Source: Octopus sinensis (lineage: Eukaryota). Taken from it: a DNA stretch of 63,877 nucleotides. Within the stretch, counting starts at the first letter, position 1, and each line of letters begins with the position of its first letter. The DNA lies in the NCBI RefSeq assembly GCF_006345805.1, contig NW_021831865.1:1-63877 (forward strand), in the 5' to 3' direction. This document shows, one piece after another, positions 37,418 through 51,602 of the stretch. A model generated the notes under the pieces. It ran no database searches, had not been told where the DNA came from, and worked only from the letters and a program-made list of their open reading frames with translations. The translations under genes were made by a program, and so were the position numbers.

Positions 37418-38400
37418 ACTACCATTGGAACACAAGGTAACAAAAAGGCGGTTCCTTTTAATACCAGCAAGAAACAATAATGGACTTCTTTAATACACTT
37501 AACAGTAATATAGGGATTATACCAACTACCAACAAAACACCACCACATGGATTCTATTGAGAACAGTAAGAAACGATTATCAACTTTTCAATTTTCACTT
37601 TTTATAATATTTTTGATAAGGTTCGTTTTCAAGAACCGAAACATGTAAAATTCATAAGAAAATTAAAATTTATCTAATATAGTGGCGTTTTCAAACTTCT
37701 TTTTTACAAATATATACCCGCTCGTATAGGATCTACTCTTATTATAAATATATATATATATATATACATATATATATAAACACATATATACATAATACAT
37801 TTATATATAAATATCTATAAAGAGGGAGAGGAGAGAGGGAGAGAGAGCTATACATACATGGTGGCTGCCCCCTCGTTATCGAGTATGGTCATTGCACGAA
37901 GCTTAATCAATGTTGTTATCGTGCAATGCCTGTGCAAGAAGATTTTTTTTAAAGTGAGGAAAGGCTGTGCACTGAGTCAATCCCACTCACTAAGCAACAG
38001 CAGCCATAATCCGAAAAGAAGAACAAGTCAACATCATCGGTAACCACTGAACCGCAGGTTTTATGTCGGAGTTATCCCAGTTACCTGAGTTACCTTCTCC
38101 TAGAAGGATGCCCTAACAAAGGCTAGGAGTCCTTCACTCCCAATGGTTTAACCGCGCGATCGAGTATTCAGTCCGATTATTTCTATGTCCCCGCGCATGA
38201 TACAGCCTTAAGACATTTATTGGACGTCCGTTGACTCTCAAGTGTTCCACCGCCCTTTGACCGGTTTTGTTTTTCATCCTACAATAAACACCCTCCTCAC
38301 CAAGCGAGCTTGGTTGGGTGCCGGTTTAGTCGCCGACGACCCGACCATGCAACAGGTTGTACTGGGTTACATGTTACCAGTAGCACTCGAAAGTGACCTG

Positions 38401-38903
38401 ACATACATACATGCATACATACATACATGCATACATGCATACATACATACATACATACATGCATACATACATACATACATACATACATACATACACACAC
38501 ACACACGCATACATGCATACATACATACATACATGCATACATACATACATACATACATACATACATACACACACACACACGCATACATGCATACATACAT
38601 ACATACATACATACATACATACATACACACATACATACATATATACATGCATACATACATACATACATACATACATACATACATGCATACATACATACAT
38701 ACATACACACATGCATACATACATACATACATACACACACACACACGCATACATGCATACATACATACATACATACATACATACATACATACATGCATAC
38801 ATGCATACATACATACATACATACATACATACATACATACATACATACATACATACGTACATACGTACATACATACATACATGCATACATACATACATAC
38901 ATA
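38401..38903. repeat. (ACAT)n array with repeated variant units
   Basis: Direct reading; the variant (CA)n-CG-CATACATGCATAC occurs three times. Confidence 0.95.
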
Positions 38904-39375
38904 GATGAATGCTTGTTTTGAAATGATGTAAATAATTCGTATGGAAAATAAAGAGCTCTTGTATTTTTTCAACAACCTAAACGAAATCACATTTCAAATG
39001 CTAAAAATTTCTTCGGAGAATATCTATTATCCAGATATCATGATTACATTTAACGTATAATTTCAGGAATTACGTTATTTCTCCAAAAATCCAAGTTCTG
39101 CTATACTTTGATTCAGCAGTTATAATAACAATGGCTATAAAGCTGAAAATATATATATTCGCAACTGACTTCTCATCATTGGTCCGTAGAATCTTTTTTA
39201 ACCTATAGTTTTCTTTCGACATTGATGTGGGCAGCTGATTACCGCACGAGAGACCCTTTATTATGTTAACCAAAACAGCACTTTAAGGTTGGTTATGTTT
39301 TAATTTGGTTATGATATGATTCGTATGTTCTACCGAACTCTTCTGATATTCTTTTGATCCATTCACCGCAGTATA

Positions 39376-39796
39376 CTCTTACTCTTTACTCTTTTACTTG
39401 TTTCAGTCATTTGACTGCGGCCATGCTGGAGCACCGCCTTTAGTCGAGCAAATCGAGCCCGGGACTTATTCTTTGTAAGCCCTGTACTTATTCTATCGGT
39501 CTCTTTTTGCCGAATCGCTAAGTGACGGGGACGTAAACACACCAGCATCGGTTGTCAAGCAATGCTAAGGGGACAAACACAGGCACACAAACACACACAC
39601 ACACATACATATATGTATATATACACATATATACGACAGGTTTCTTTCAGTTTCCGTCTACCAAATCCACTCACAAGGCTTTGGTCGGCCCGGGGCTATA
39701 GCAGAAGACACTTGCCCAAGATGCCACGCAGTGGGACTGTACCCGGAACCATGTGGTTGGTTAGCAAGCTACTTACCACACAGCCACTCCTACGCC
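39376..39796 (-). mobile_element. SINE family A
   Basis: Reverse complement of the full A pattern. Confidence 0.9.
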
Positions 39797-40197
39797 TATA
39801 GTATAGTAAATTTTATTTATTTTCTCTTTCCTACTCCATTCCAGGTTCATCATTTTTTATAGGAAGATAGTATCTAGTAGAAATATTCTCACATCTGGCA
39901 ATGATGTGGTTAACGTCTTCAGTTTTGCGGTTTGGATTTTACGTCAACTTTTGTATTCTGTAGTTATAGTGAATGCATGATACTTGTTGAGGATCTATTA
40001 CATTTAGAGTGTATGTCATTAACCTTCCAGTTGAGATCTTGATACTCCATACTAGGCATTTAGTGTTATTCTCTCTATAGTCTATTTTTATCCTTTTCAA
40101 GTACCCATGTGCAACCACTTCCATGAACTTAGAGACAGGCCTAGAAATGAGCTGCGAGAGGGAGATAGAGATATGTATGTGTGTGTGTATATATATA

Positions 40198-40429
40198 TAT
40201 TTCTTTACTATCCACAAGGAGCTAAACATAGAGAGGACAAACAATGACAGACAAACGGATTAAGTCGATTATATCGACCCCAGTGCGAAACTGGTACTTT
40301 ATTTATCGACCCCGAAAGGATGAAAGACAAAGTCGACCTCGGCGGAATTTGAACTCAGAACGTAACAGCAGACGAAATACCGCTAAGCATTTTCGCCCGG
40401 AGTGATAACGGTTCTGCCAGCTCGCCGCC
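40198..40429 (-). mobile_element. SINE family C inserted in (TA)n
   Basis: Minus strand GGCGGCGAGCTGGCAGAA...GTCGACTTTGTCTTTCATCCTTTCGGGGTCGATAAA...AGTAAAGAAATA; TA repeats on both sides. Confidence 0.9.
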
Positions 40430-40432
40430 TTT

Positions 40433-40481
<49 letters not shown>

Positions 40482-40984
40482 GAGAGAGAGAGAGAGAAGA
40501 GAGAGAAAGAGAAAATGGGAAAGAAGGAAGCGGGATAGAGAGATCTGTGTTAGTTTTTTCTGCCTCTTCCCAAGTATATACGTAGATGATAATAAGTCAT
40601 GTGTTGAACTTGAGAAAAAGTCTCGTCTATTTTTCCTGTTCTGCTGACAGATTGTACTTGTAGCGTGCGTTTCAGTTGCCTAATTTCTTTTTCAGGGAAA
40701 GCCTACTTTTTCCAGATTGTTACTTATTCGTTTATTAAGAAAACCAAGGGTAGCAATTGTTATTGGTATACATGTGAATTTATAATCAGTTTCCAGAAGC
40801 TGAAGGATTCGAAACTTGCTTTTCGAAGAAATGTTCACATCAGCAGGGCAACTGACCTCTATGATAATGCATACTTTTGGTTGTCTGTCTCGGACAACTA
40901 AATCCAGCTTGTTATGTTTGTACTTGGTACAAGTTTTGATAGAAATGTTACACTAATAGCAGGTGAATTTCCATGGTGTAAGTA

Positions 40985-41779
40985 TCCTGATGGAACCGCT
41001 CTCCTTGTTACCGTATTCCCTACAATTCTTGGGAAAATAGTTAAGATGTGAGTGCAAAAAGTGCATCTTGACGCTCATTCTAGACCCAAGTTGTTGGAGA
41101 CTTGAAATTTTTCATATTTTGGGGAGCGGCTATTTCGGACAATCTGCTTGAAGGAAAACCAGGCATTCACATCGATACCTGCTAATGCTTTCTCGAAATG
41201 ATTGCCTTCACCTATACGAAGAAACTTTGACTCCAGGTACTTGAAAGCAGCTCAATTTTTGTTCAGGGCCTTCACAAAATTTTTCATAATCCCTAATTTG
41301 ATGTGGAATGGTGGCAGCAGAATTTTGTTGGGATAGTGGCAAAGCTTTCACGTTGTGATTTCCAGACAAGAAGCTGGTTCTTGGTACTCAGCCTTTTTGT
41401 TCATAGTGCTGGCTGTCTGCCCTACTATTCCAAAGGCAACGGAAAAAGGGGATACTTGGTGTATCCCCCTTGAAGACCTTGTAGGAGAGCAATAGTTTTA
41501 AAATCATCACAAATGAGAAAACTACGATTATGATACTTGATGGCAGTTATTAGTGTCGTCATATTTTCATAAGTTTCTGACATTTGGACTCTATTGCCAA
41601 TTCGTACGGATGCAACTGTGTTGCCGTTATAGAGAATAACAGCCTTTAAACTTATGTTAGGAAAAGGAGTAATATTGCCCCAGCAATCTGAAGGGGTGAA
41701 TTGCCCGCAGACATAGCAAAATGTAAATATGTCTGGTGAATTTATGCAGTCTCTAGACATTATCACAACCTGAAAATAA
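40985..41779 (-). mobile_element. Degenerate DNA transposase, tentatively CMC/Chapaev3-like
   Basis: MSRDCINSPD..FCYVCG...SLKAVILYNGN...ICDDFK...QGGYTKYP...ILLPPFHIKLGIMKNFVKAL...HFLHSHL.YFP. A strong acceptor TTTTCTTTATTTTCAG lies just upstream of the ATG. The superfamily label is from memory. Confidence 0.7.
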
Positions 41780-41816
41780 AGAAAAATATATTAGATTTAA
41801 TATTCAAGTCAATATA

Positions 41817-42232
41817 CAGTTGCGGCCAAAATGTTCAGAACGGCATTGTTTTCGTCAGAAAAGTAGATATAAGTTTTTATCAAAGTTGTTTTATATTCTA
41901 TAATTTTCACAGACAATAAATACAATATTAATTGTTATTGTCTGAGAATTTGGTCTAATTTGAGAGGATAATACAAAAGTTATGGATGATTTAGTGATTT
42001 ACTGCAAAACCCATGGCGGCCAAAATGATCAGAACGGTTGCTTTTACTCCGTGTAAATATCATCCATAACTTTTGTATTATCCTCTCAAATTACACCAAA
42101 ATCTCAGGCAATAAAAACCAATATTGTATTTATTGTCTGTGAAAATTATAGAATATAAAACAACTTTGATAAAAAATTATATCTACTTTTCTGACAAAAA
42201 CAATGCTGTTCTGAACATTTTGGCCGCAACTG
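41817..42232. mobile_element. Tc1-type foldback MITE, 416 bp, ~177-bp TIRs, TA TSD
   Basis: TA|CAGTTGCGGCCAAAATGTTCAGAAC ... GTTCTGAACATTTTGGCCGCAACTG|TA; the spacer holds a third copy GCGGCCAAAATGATCAGAACGG. Confidence 0.9.
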
Positions 42233-42646
42233 TAAGGTAAACATATTCACTGATAATATACTTTACCATTTATGTTATACAAAAAGAGAAACGTAATGTT
42301 TCTGTATAACTTGAGAACCTGATGAATAAGAAACACCATGAATTACTATTTACCATATATATTTCAAAAACGATTCTATACTGTCCATAAAAAAACTCTT
42401 GCAGACTACAGTTATTCATCATGAAGGTAAGCAGTGCTTGATTGGTTGGAGGGAATTCCAGCAAAATTGTATTAAGCACGAATAGCTTGAGAGAGCTGAT
42501 CGCAAGGGTTGTGATTTGGATTCACCTTAGTAGATTGGCACACAGCCTAATTTGATATGTTACAAGTGTGGGCGTGTCTTTTTAATTAATGTAGACCTTA
42601 GTAGTCAGATAAGCTACACACGTGTCGAGGTTGCTAACTATGCATT

Positions 42647-43037
42647 GTGGAGGCGCAATGGCCCAGTGGTTAGGGCAGCGGACTCGCGGTCATAGGATCG
42701 CGGTTTCGATTCCCAGACCGGGCGTTGTGAGTGTTTATTGAGAGAAAACACCTAAAGCTCCACGAGGCTCCGGCAGGGGATGGTGGTGATCCCTGCTGTA
42801 CTCTTTCACCACAACTTTCTCTCACTCTTACTTCCTGTTTCTGTTGTACCTGTATTTCAAGGGGCCGGCCTTGTCACTCTCTGTGTCACGCTGAATATCC
42901 CCGAGAACTACGTTAAGGGTACACGTGTATGTGGAGTGCTCAGCCACTTACACGTTAATTTCACGAGCAGGCTGTTCCGTTGATTCAGATCAACCGGAAC
43001 CCTCATCGTCGTCGTAACCGACGGAGTGCTTCCATCC
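42647..43037 (+). mobile_element. tRNA-derived SINE family B (body variant 2), 11-bp TSD
   Basis: TSD AACTATGCATT at 42636-42646 and 43038-43048; A-box and B-box head. Confidence 0.92.
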
Positions 43038-43069
43038 AACTATGCATTATACGGCTTCTTTACTTTCAG

Positions 43070-43172
43070 GGGAAGTGTAAGAGAATGTGTATCATGGAGG
43101 AGACTGAAAAGTCATTTGACGGTTCACCAAAACAATCAATGTAGCCATCTTGCCACATCTGTATAAAAAAGT
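43070..43172 (+). other. Candidate 103-nt exon (probably non-coding)
   Basis: Acceptor CTTCTTTACTTTCAG| and donor |GTAAGT; stops in all three frames. Confidence 0.2.
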
Positions 43173-43312
43173 GTAAGTTCTTATCAGAACTGAAAACCCA
43201 CATCCCTGCTACCCATATTTAAGCGAATAATTAAATGATGGCATTACCCGTGATCGTGTTGCAGCCATCATGCAAGAATGTAGATGTGTGTTTATGTATG
43301 TATGTATATATA

Positions 43313-43357
<45 letters not shown>

Positions 43358-43456
43358 TGTATGCATGTGTGTATGCATGTGTGTATGCATGCATATGTGT
43401 ATGCATGCATAGGTGTGCATGTGTGTGTATGTGTGTGTGTGTGTGTGGTGTGTGTA

Positions 43457-43489
<33 letters not shown>

Positions 43490-45869
43490 TATATAGAGAT
43501 AGATAGATGTAGTAACAATAACATTAAATGACGTAGTTCTTCACCAGTAACTAGGGGCATATGAGTGTCTGCGGCTTTCAGAACCTTTAGTTAATGCAAT
43601 CGCTAAATCCACAAGGAATACTTGACACTGCAGTGACCTAAAGCTATAGTTACAAAAATGTACACACATATGATTCACTTAATTATTCTTTTAACATTTT
43701 AATGAATTATGTGCTGTTATTCCATTAGGGAATATTAAACCCTCCGTTGACATATTGATGCCTCGTATCATTATCTGCACGACTTCATCACGTGGACGAG
43801 ATATTCGTTGTCATTTTTTTTTGCCATGGAAGAAACCTTGGATATTTGGCTGGCGGAAAGGGTAAAGGTTTTTCTCAGACCGGGATTTGACCCGAATGCT
43901 TGAAACACCGTGATTCTCTCCGCTAAATGCACCTAATGACAATGCAGGAGTGTTAAAATGGGCAATGTATTAAAATCCTAAGTCAATGATGTTAGTTGTT
44001 ATTGTAAAAATACTTCGCAGTTCTGATTGAGGAGACATGATCAAAGGTTTCCCGTCATTCCGAGATACTGCGAATCCACTACTAACGTGTTCAACCCCAC
44101 CATTTTTTAAGGATGGCAGTGTTCAATTCTAACGTGGTTTGGCTGCTATTTCCAGCAGATTGAAAGAACACGCGGAATTGTTGGTTGTAGAGGGGTAGAA
44201 TCTGTTGTCGTTTAGCACCAAACCAACCTTGATCAAGCAAACGTATGATCAAAATTGTGTTCCAACGATAAATAGCTAGGTACGTATATACATACATGCA
44301 TACAAACATGCGTGCATGCCTATGTACGTACCGACGCACGTACACACGCGTATGTGCGCATGGGTGTATGTCTATGTGACAAAGTACTTATTGACTAAGT
44401 TCTGTAATCTGTTCATTTTTAAGAGAGTATGATATGATTTTACAGAGACTTGGCCGCTAATTCTCATAGAGGTTTCTCCTTTGTTAGCTGTTGTGTTAAT
44501 ATGGGAGAAGTATAGCAATTCTAGAGCGACTTTACTTTATTTGTTTTGTTTCTTCAAGATTTTAGAATTTCGCCTCTGTTATTATTTAGATTAATCTACA
44601 ACAGCCAAAACTAATGATAAACGATAACAAATATTTTGTTGCTTGGTATATGAGGATCAACCTGTGATTGATTAATCCTAAGTCAGTGTTGATCGAGCAG
44701 ATCTCTGATAAAAGGCTTTCCAGCCAAAATAATTTCGTATGGAGTGAGCTACAATCACCTAATGTTTTAAAGGCAGTAGTGGGTGTTTTCAGGGAAATTT
44801 GAGGCTGTTATTTTTATGAGAAACAGAGTTACCACTCTAACGTAAGTAGAGGATATCAGATTAGTGTAACTCATCCCCTTTCTGGTTTTACTCGTGGTAA
44901 GAACATGAGGTCAAGGTAAAGTTTAATAATCAACACATAGAATGTGAAAATCGTTTCAGTTACTTTGAAATTCACTCGGAAATGTACCTCCTTCTATATA
45001 TACGGTTATCTTTTAAGGTCACATCTTAGAAAAAATATTCGTTCTTTAGTGGTGTTGCTGTTTAAAAATAATGCCAATGCCTATATAGATATTAATCCAA
45101 GTGAAACCACACTAATTCCTCTGATTGTATTTACTTTTGCAATTGGCATTTTCATCCTTGAATATCGATAGCAAGATTAAAAGAAACGTGAAATGTGCAC
45201 ATTTATAGGGAAATTGATGTTCTTATTCAATTATGAAAGCATTAATGAACGTAAATAAAGAATAAAGGGAGATATACGGGACTGAGTAATACATCGAAAA
45301 TCGTTCGCAGTCGATTCTTATCATTTCACGCATGATGAACGTAAGCATATATGTTTATATAAACATGTTTCCATGCATATATGCAATGACTAAGAAGTTT
45401 CGTTCCTTTGTCCGTTCTTGTTCGGTTTATATATCCACCACTAGTGATGACAACAACCGGTGGTTTGTCTTTAAAGCAACCGTGACTGATAAGATGTTTA
45501 GTAATCGAAACATCTAGACGTTCCTTGAAATAACATGAGGTAAATAATCCAGGCATTTTAATTATCTGCTATTTACTCCATTTGTTTAACTCATCTACAC
45601 ATAAAAAAAAACTCTAGCACCGATTACTTGCTGAGTCGTTTGCCTTCTTAGTTTTTCTCAATTTTTTCTTCTGAATATGTTTCCGGGACTTTAAGTATGT
45701 TTTGACTCTTTAATATCTTGCTTTTGATATAATCCTGCGTTCAGTTCCGGTCAGAAAATTCATTATTTTCTATGACGTATAATTATTTCAATTGTTTTAT
45801 TTTGTACGTAATACTGTTCGTGCGATGATTTATTAAAAATGCTTTACGTGTCTGTGTGTGTGTGTGTGT

Positions 45870-45926
<57 letters not shown>

Positions 45927-47547
45927 GAGAAAAATGATTTGTTATAAATTATACGAACGTGCGAAGTATGACAATTGCTGTGTGTGCGATGACTTAATTC
46001 AAATGTCGATATTCCTATTCTTGTTTATCTCCAGTTCAGCTGTTTCAACAAATTTACGATCAAAGGCTTTCTTATCGTGACCACCTCGTCATGTTTTCAT
46101 GATTGGTGTATCCTTTATCACATTATTCAACGAGCAATTCTCTTCTTAAGGCAGCAGTGTGGGATTTGAGGGATATTTGGTCGGCTCTTATTTCTAGTAG
46201 ATCATGGCCTCGTAAAGAACCTCACTCGCTTGGCTCACTTGCAAATGATGTATGAGTATGAGCGTGTGATGACTTATTACAATTGATACTTTCTCTAAGT
46301 TGCTTGTCACTGATCTCATCATCAAAAGAACAATTGATTTTTTTTTTACTTTTGTTAGTTTATTTATTTATTGCTACTTCTTTTCCTTTCATCAGAATGC
46401 GACTTAATAAACAAAGACAACAACGGCAACATGAATAATAGCACCAACGGCAATAACAACAACAGGAACAAAACGACAACAACAACAATACAACAGTAGC
46501 AGAAGCAATAACAACAACCATAACAAGAAAAACATGATAATCACAAAAGACTTGAGAAAAACACCAAACTCAACCATACATACAAAACAGTTGAACATGA
46601 CGTCTTTATATCAGTAATATTCAATAAACAGTGTCAACATTAAGTTTGTAGCGAAGGCATCAAGAGGAACATGCGTCAACCATCTTTGTAAAAACTGAAT
46701 AAAATTAACAACAATGTCTGTTCTATTATTTATTATTTATTTATTTATTGTTGCTTTTACTGAGTCGTTCTTACTAAACACATGAATATTCCAGTTTTAT
46801 TTGGCAACCATACATTCTCGTTATATATTTTCCCGCTGGACCTTTTACTTGCCGTCAGTTTCATTTGAGACCTTAACAACATTCATGTCTTCTTTTGTTG
46901 CGATTCTACGAAGCGTCGATCTGTCAATAAACTCATCTTCCTTTGATATCATTTTTACACACCAACATTTACGGTAGGCAGTGAAGCAATTAATGTTAAT
47001 GTACGTCTACGACTGAGCAGAGAATGATGAATCTATTTCAAAGTTTTTCCCTATCCTGCGCCTGCATGTCTGCCCGCCGCCCCACCCCTCCTGGTTCTAT
47101 ATATTTTCACTGTTCGTTAGAGGACGTCTAACAGAGAAAGAGAAAACCTCCGCCAGCGATTGTAGCAGTCACTCAAAGATTAGTCTCTACAAGAGTCTCG
47201 GCATTACAATACTTCACATCCAATCGATCACTCTACCACAAGATTATTCATGTGAACAAAGGCTAACTTGAGTACTTTAGCACAATTGAAACTAGTTTCA
47301 ATGTTTTAATCTCAATTAGCCCCTCAGGGTTTTATCTCTTGGCATGCTAAGTCTAGAACTTTGCTCATTATTCTCACGTCCCATCTAAAGCAATATTCCT
47401 TGGGACTGTCACATTTAGAAGAGGTTTTAATAAGAAAACTTTTGTACAGTTTCCCTACAAAATTATTTTCTACTTGATAACGTACCTCTTGTCTTCCGTA
47501 GCACACACAGTTTAACTTAGCTTAATATTCACTTATAATATAAGGTC

Positions 47548-47731
47548 CTTCTTCTTCTTCTTCTTCTTCTTCTTCTTCTTCATATTCCTCTTCTTCTTCT
47601 TCATATTCTTTTTCTTCTTCATATTCTTCTACTTCTTCATATTCTTCATATTCTTCATATTCTTCTTCTTATATTCTTTCACTTCTTCTTCTTCATCTTC
47701 TTCATATTCTTCTTCTTCTTCTTATCTTCTT

Positions 47732-47762
<31 letters not shown>

Positions 47763-47890
47763 TTTCTCTTTTCTTCTTCATATTCTTCATATTCTTCTTC
47801 TTCTTCTTCTTCATATTCTTCATCTTCTTCTTCTTCTTCTTCTTCTTCTTTTCTTCTTCTTCTTCTTCTTCTTCTTCTTCTTCTTCTTCG
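47548..47890. repeat. (CTT)n with CATATT interruptions
   Basis: Direct reading. Confidence 0.95.
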
Positions 47891-48701
47891 ATTTATTGTT
47901 TCTTTCTTTCCAATGTAATAAATATTTGTGAAATTTTCTTCTTCCGATCTTTTTTTTTTTTTTAAGTATGGCGTCTGTAGAAAACCAGAAAGTGAGAATG
48001 CAAATTGTTAGAGCCGTGCTTACAGCGCCATCAGCATGTTAAGCCAAAACACTGCTACCATCCCGCCACCATTAGCACCAACTGAAACAACAACAACAAC
48101 AACAACAACAATAACAACAGCAGCAGCAGCAGTAGCAACGATGACAACACGTGACTATGAAAACATCAACAACAGTGAGAATAAGAAACAGAAAAAACAA
48201 AGAATTAAGTAATTGTTTCAATAAACCAACAAATCCTAGCAATACAACGACAAGTACAACTTCCTCTCCGCCGTGACCATCAACACCAACTCAATAACAA
48301 AAATCAAAGCGTTTCTGTGTGACAGGACTGAGAAATTCCTTATCAACCCATTACACCATCTGCTGCAATCTCTCCAATGACTGTCACGACTCAAGGATTC
48401 TAAGAGAGCTGATTCTATTTCCCTGCCTTTCATACTGATAGCCCTTTGGTTCACCTCAAGTAGTTGAGTTAGGTGCAGTCAGTTAATTGAACATGGTTAC
48501 CGTTATATTGTGTCATTTATCGGACGACGAATATTCTCCCTTCTGTGGATGATATATTTCTATAGTCTATACAACAATATATTTATCAAAAGATATTCAC
48601 AGCAAAATAGAACGGTCAGTATAAAAATATATAAAACATAACCATAAGAAAATAGCGATTAAAAAACATTAAATGCTGAAGAAACTGCTGAATACCTATA
48701 C

Positions 48702-48762
<61 letters not shown>

Positions 48763-49039
48763 TTATATATAATATAAGTATATGCGGATATATACTTTTA
48801 TATATGGCTTAGTATGCGTAAAAGACCCAATTAATACTTATCAATTAATAATTAAGCGTAGTAACAAGCAGTACTGGCATGCTAAACATAGCCAAAATGA
48901 CCAAACCGTAAATTTTCACTTAAAGCTGGCAAAAGAACAAAACTCTTAAAAGCCCGTACCAATGATGAAAATAATTCAAAATTGAAAAAGCCAGCCATAC
49001 CCGTATCACCGTGATTTCGAACTTTGATAAAAACTCTTA

Positions 49040-50204
49040 GTTCATCTTTAGCGAGTCTTACTGATCCCCGAGTTATATAGATTATTCATCTCAACTAATG
49101 TGTACGATGAAAGGCTGTTTGCTGTTTTTGTATCTTCTTCAGATTTGAATTTTTTTCCTGGCAAAAAGTTGTCTAATGCCTGGAAAACGTGATAGTCAGT
49201 TGGTGCAAGGTTTGGTGAATATGGTGGATGACAGGGTACTTCCAAGTCCAGTTCCTGTAACTTGAGTAGCGTTCTTTGTGCAATATATGATTGTTGAGCA
49301 TTGCAAGAAAATTGGTTTCTTTGTTGACCAATCTTGGTTGCTCCTTCATCATTTCATCCATTTGATTGATGTAAACATCCGCTGTAATTGACTTATCAGG
49401 TCTGATGAAGGTGTAGTTGTAGTGGATGACACCGGCACTGGACCACAAAACAGACACCATTTTTTGGGGTGGGTGGGTGAATATTCTGTTTTGGATTGTG
49501 TTTTGGCATTTCATCTCTATCCAGTCCCTATTGCAGGACGCTTGCTATTGTTGAAAAGTATCCATTTTTCATTACACGTAACAACACGAGGCAAAAATGA
49601 TTCGCTTTTATGCATTGACAGCAAAGAACAGCAATTTTCAAGACGACGTGTTATTTGATGCTCGTTCAGTTCGTGTGGTACCGACTTGTCCAGCTTCTTT
49701 CCCTTGCTGATTTGTTTCAGATGGTCAAATATAGCTGGATTCGAAACATCAAACCTTGCTGCTAACTCACGCATAGTTTGAGATGTATCCGCTTCCACTA
49801 CAATTTTCAGCTCATCATTATCTACTTTGGTTTCTGGTCTACCACGGGGCTAATTTTCAAGAGTAAAGTCACCAGACCGGAACTTCTCAAACCATCGACG
49901 TTCAGTGCGCTCATTTTCCACATCTTCGCCAAACACCTCATTGATGTTTCGAGCAGTTTGGGATGCATTGGGTCCACGACGGGACTTGAGTACTTTAGCA
50001 CAATAAACAACACGAATTTTCGATCTAGCCATGGGTTTATAAATATTGATTTACAAGAGAAAAATCCCAAAATAATCAGTCAACATGAATTGCATTTCGA
50101 AAAGTGATGATGTAACTCCTCAATGTTGTAAAACAAAGAATGGTTAGAGTTAACGACTGTCACACTTGATGAATAAGAAAATCGAACGTTTCATTCTTAA
50201 TGAC

Positions 50205-50207
<3 letters not shown>
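49040..50207 (-). mobile_element. Near-full-length degenerate mariner (DD34D) transposon
   Basis: NASQTARNINEVFGE...RRWFEKFRSGDFTLEN; KLDKSVPHEL (WVPHEL motif); VTCNEKWI; MVSVLWSSAGVIHY; HPPYSPNLAPTDYHVF. Spread over several frames. Confidence 0.9.
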
Positions 50208-50243
<36 letters not shown>

Positions 50244-50256
50244 CTCTATTAGTCTA

Positions 50257-50638
50257 TTACTTGTTTCAGTCATTTTGACTGCGGCCATACTCGAGCACTG
50301 CCTTTAGTCGAGCAAATCGTCCCCGGGACTTATTCTTTTTGTAAGCCCAGCACTTATTCTATCGGTCTCTTTTGCCGAACCGCTAAGTGACGGGGACGTA
50401 AACACACCAGCATCAGTTGTTAAGCAATGCTACGGGGACAAACACAGATGCACAAACACATACATACACAGATATATATATATATATACATATATACGAC
50501 AGGCTTCTTTCAGTTTCCGTCTACCAAATCTACTCACTAGGCATGGGTCGGCCCGAGGCTATAGCAGAAGACACTTGCCCAAGACTGAACCCGGAACCAT
50601 GTGGGGTTAGCAAGCTACTTACCACACAGCAACTCTGC

Positions 50639-50641
<3 letters not shown>
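50257..50641 (-). mobile_element. SINE family A
   Basis: Reverse complement of the A pattern with small deletions in the head. Confidence 0.88.
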
Positions 50642-50687
<46 letters not shown>

Positions 50688-50692
50688 TATAC

Positions 50693-50734
<42 letters not shown>

Positions 50735-51091
50735 GTATATATAGTGTGTGTGGCGTGCGTGTCTGGTGTGTGTGTGTGCGTGTCTGTGTGTGTGTGTCTG
50801 TGTGTGTGTGTGTGTGTGCTGCTTTACGTACTTTTGTATATACACTCTGTTACACAACATAGACAGTTGTACTTAACTGCGAACTTAAAAAGTTATATTA
50901 TGCTGCTTTCTATTTACTTACACACCGAAGTGTTGTTCCTTTTTACCTAAACATATCTAATTTAATATCATCATCAAATAATGTTTAAATGCGAATTATT
51001 TCCCTTCACACACCAGAATGCCTGCGTACCACCTAAGAATAAATACATTTGTTGTAAAATGTCACATGCACTATCATACCACCTTGTATAT

Positions 51092-51172
<81 letters not shown>

Positions 51173-51564
51173 GAAATTCTGGTCGAGTCAACGATTCTGC
51201 TTCATTGATAAAATTTACTATTAATGAGGATGAACCTTGCATAATGCGTTAAGGCCACGAGTTGTTTATAACATATAGGGCCCCATAAACACATCTACAT
51301 GTACTTAATTTAAATCTGGTGTCGAGGTTGGCCCAGTCATTTTTTTTTCTCTTTTAATTACACCATTGATAATTCCTTTAACCTTGTCTGTGCATAACTG
51401 AAATCTCGTCGGAAATTTTTATGAACTGCTGGGCCACTATTTTCATTTTCTCTTTCTTGGTAAGAATCGTGGCTTCTTTCTTCAACGCTCGCTCTTTCTA
51501 TCTCCATTTCTGCTTTTATTCCTGTGTAGTAAATGCTCCCTCTCCTCATATATATGAATGTGTG

Positions 51565-51602
<38 letters not shown>

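Noticed and set aside
42647-42725. SINE B heads (also 5910-5987 and 20709-20785) as real tRNA genes
   Set aside because: They have A and B boxes but no proper acceptor stem or anticodon arm and continue into SINE bodies with TSDs.
51358-51525. Minus-strand protein-like frame GIKAEMEIERASVEERSHDSYQEREN...
   Set aside because: Purine-rich low complexity next to a microsatellite, no recognisable family, and phase incompatible with the candidate exon at 53349.
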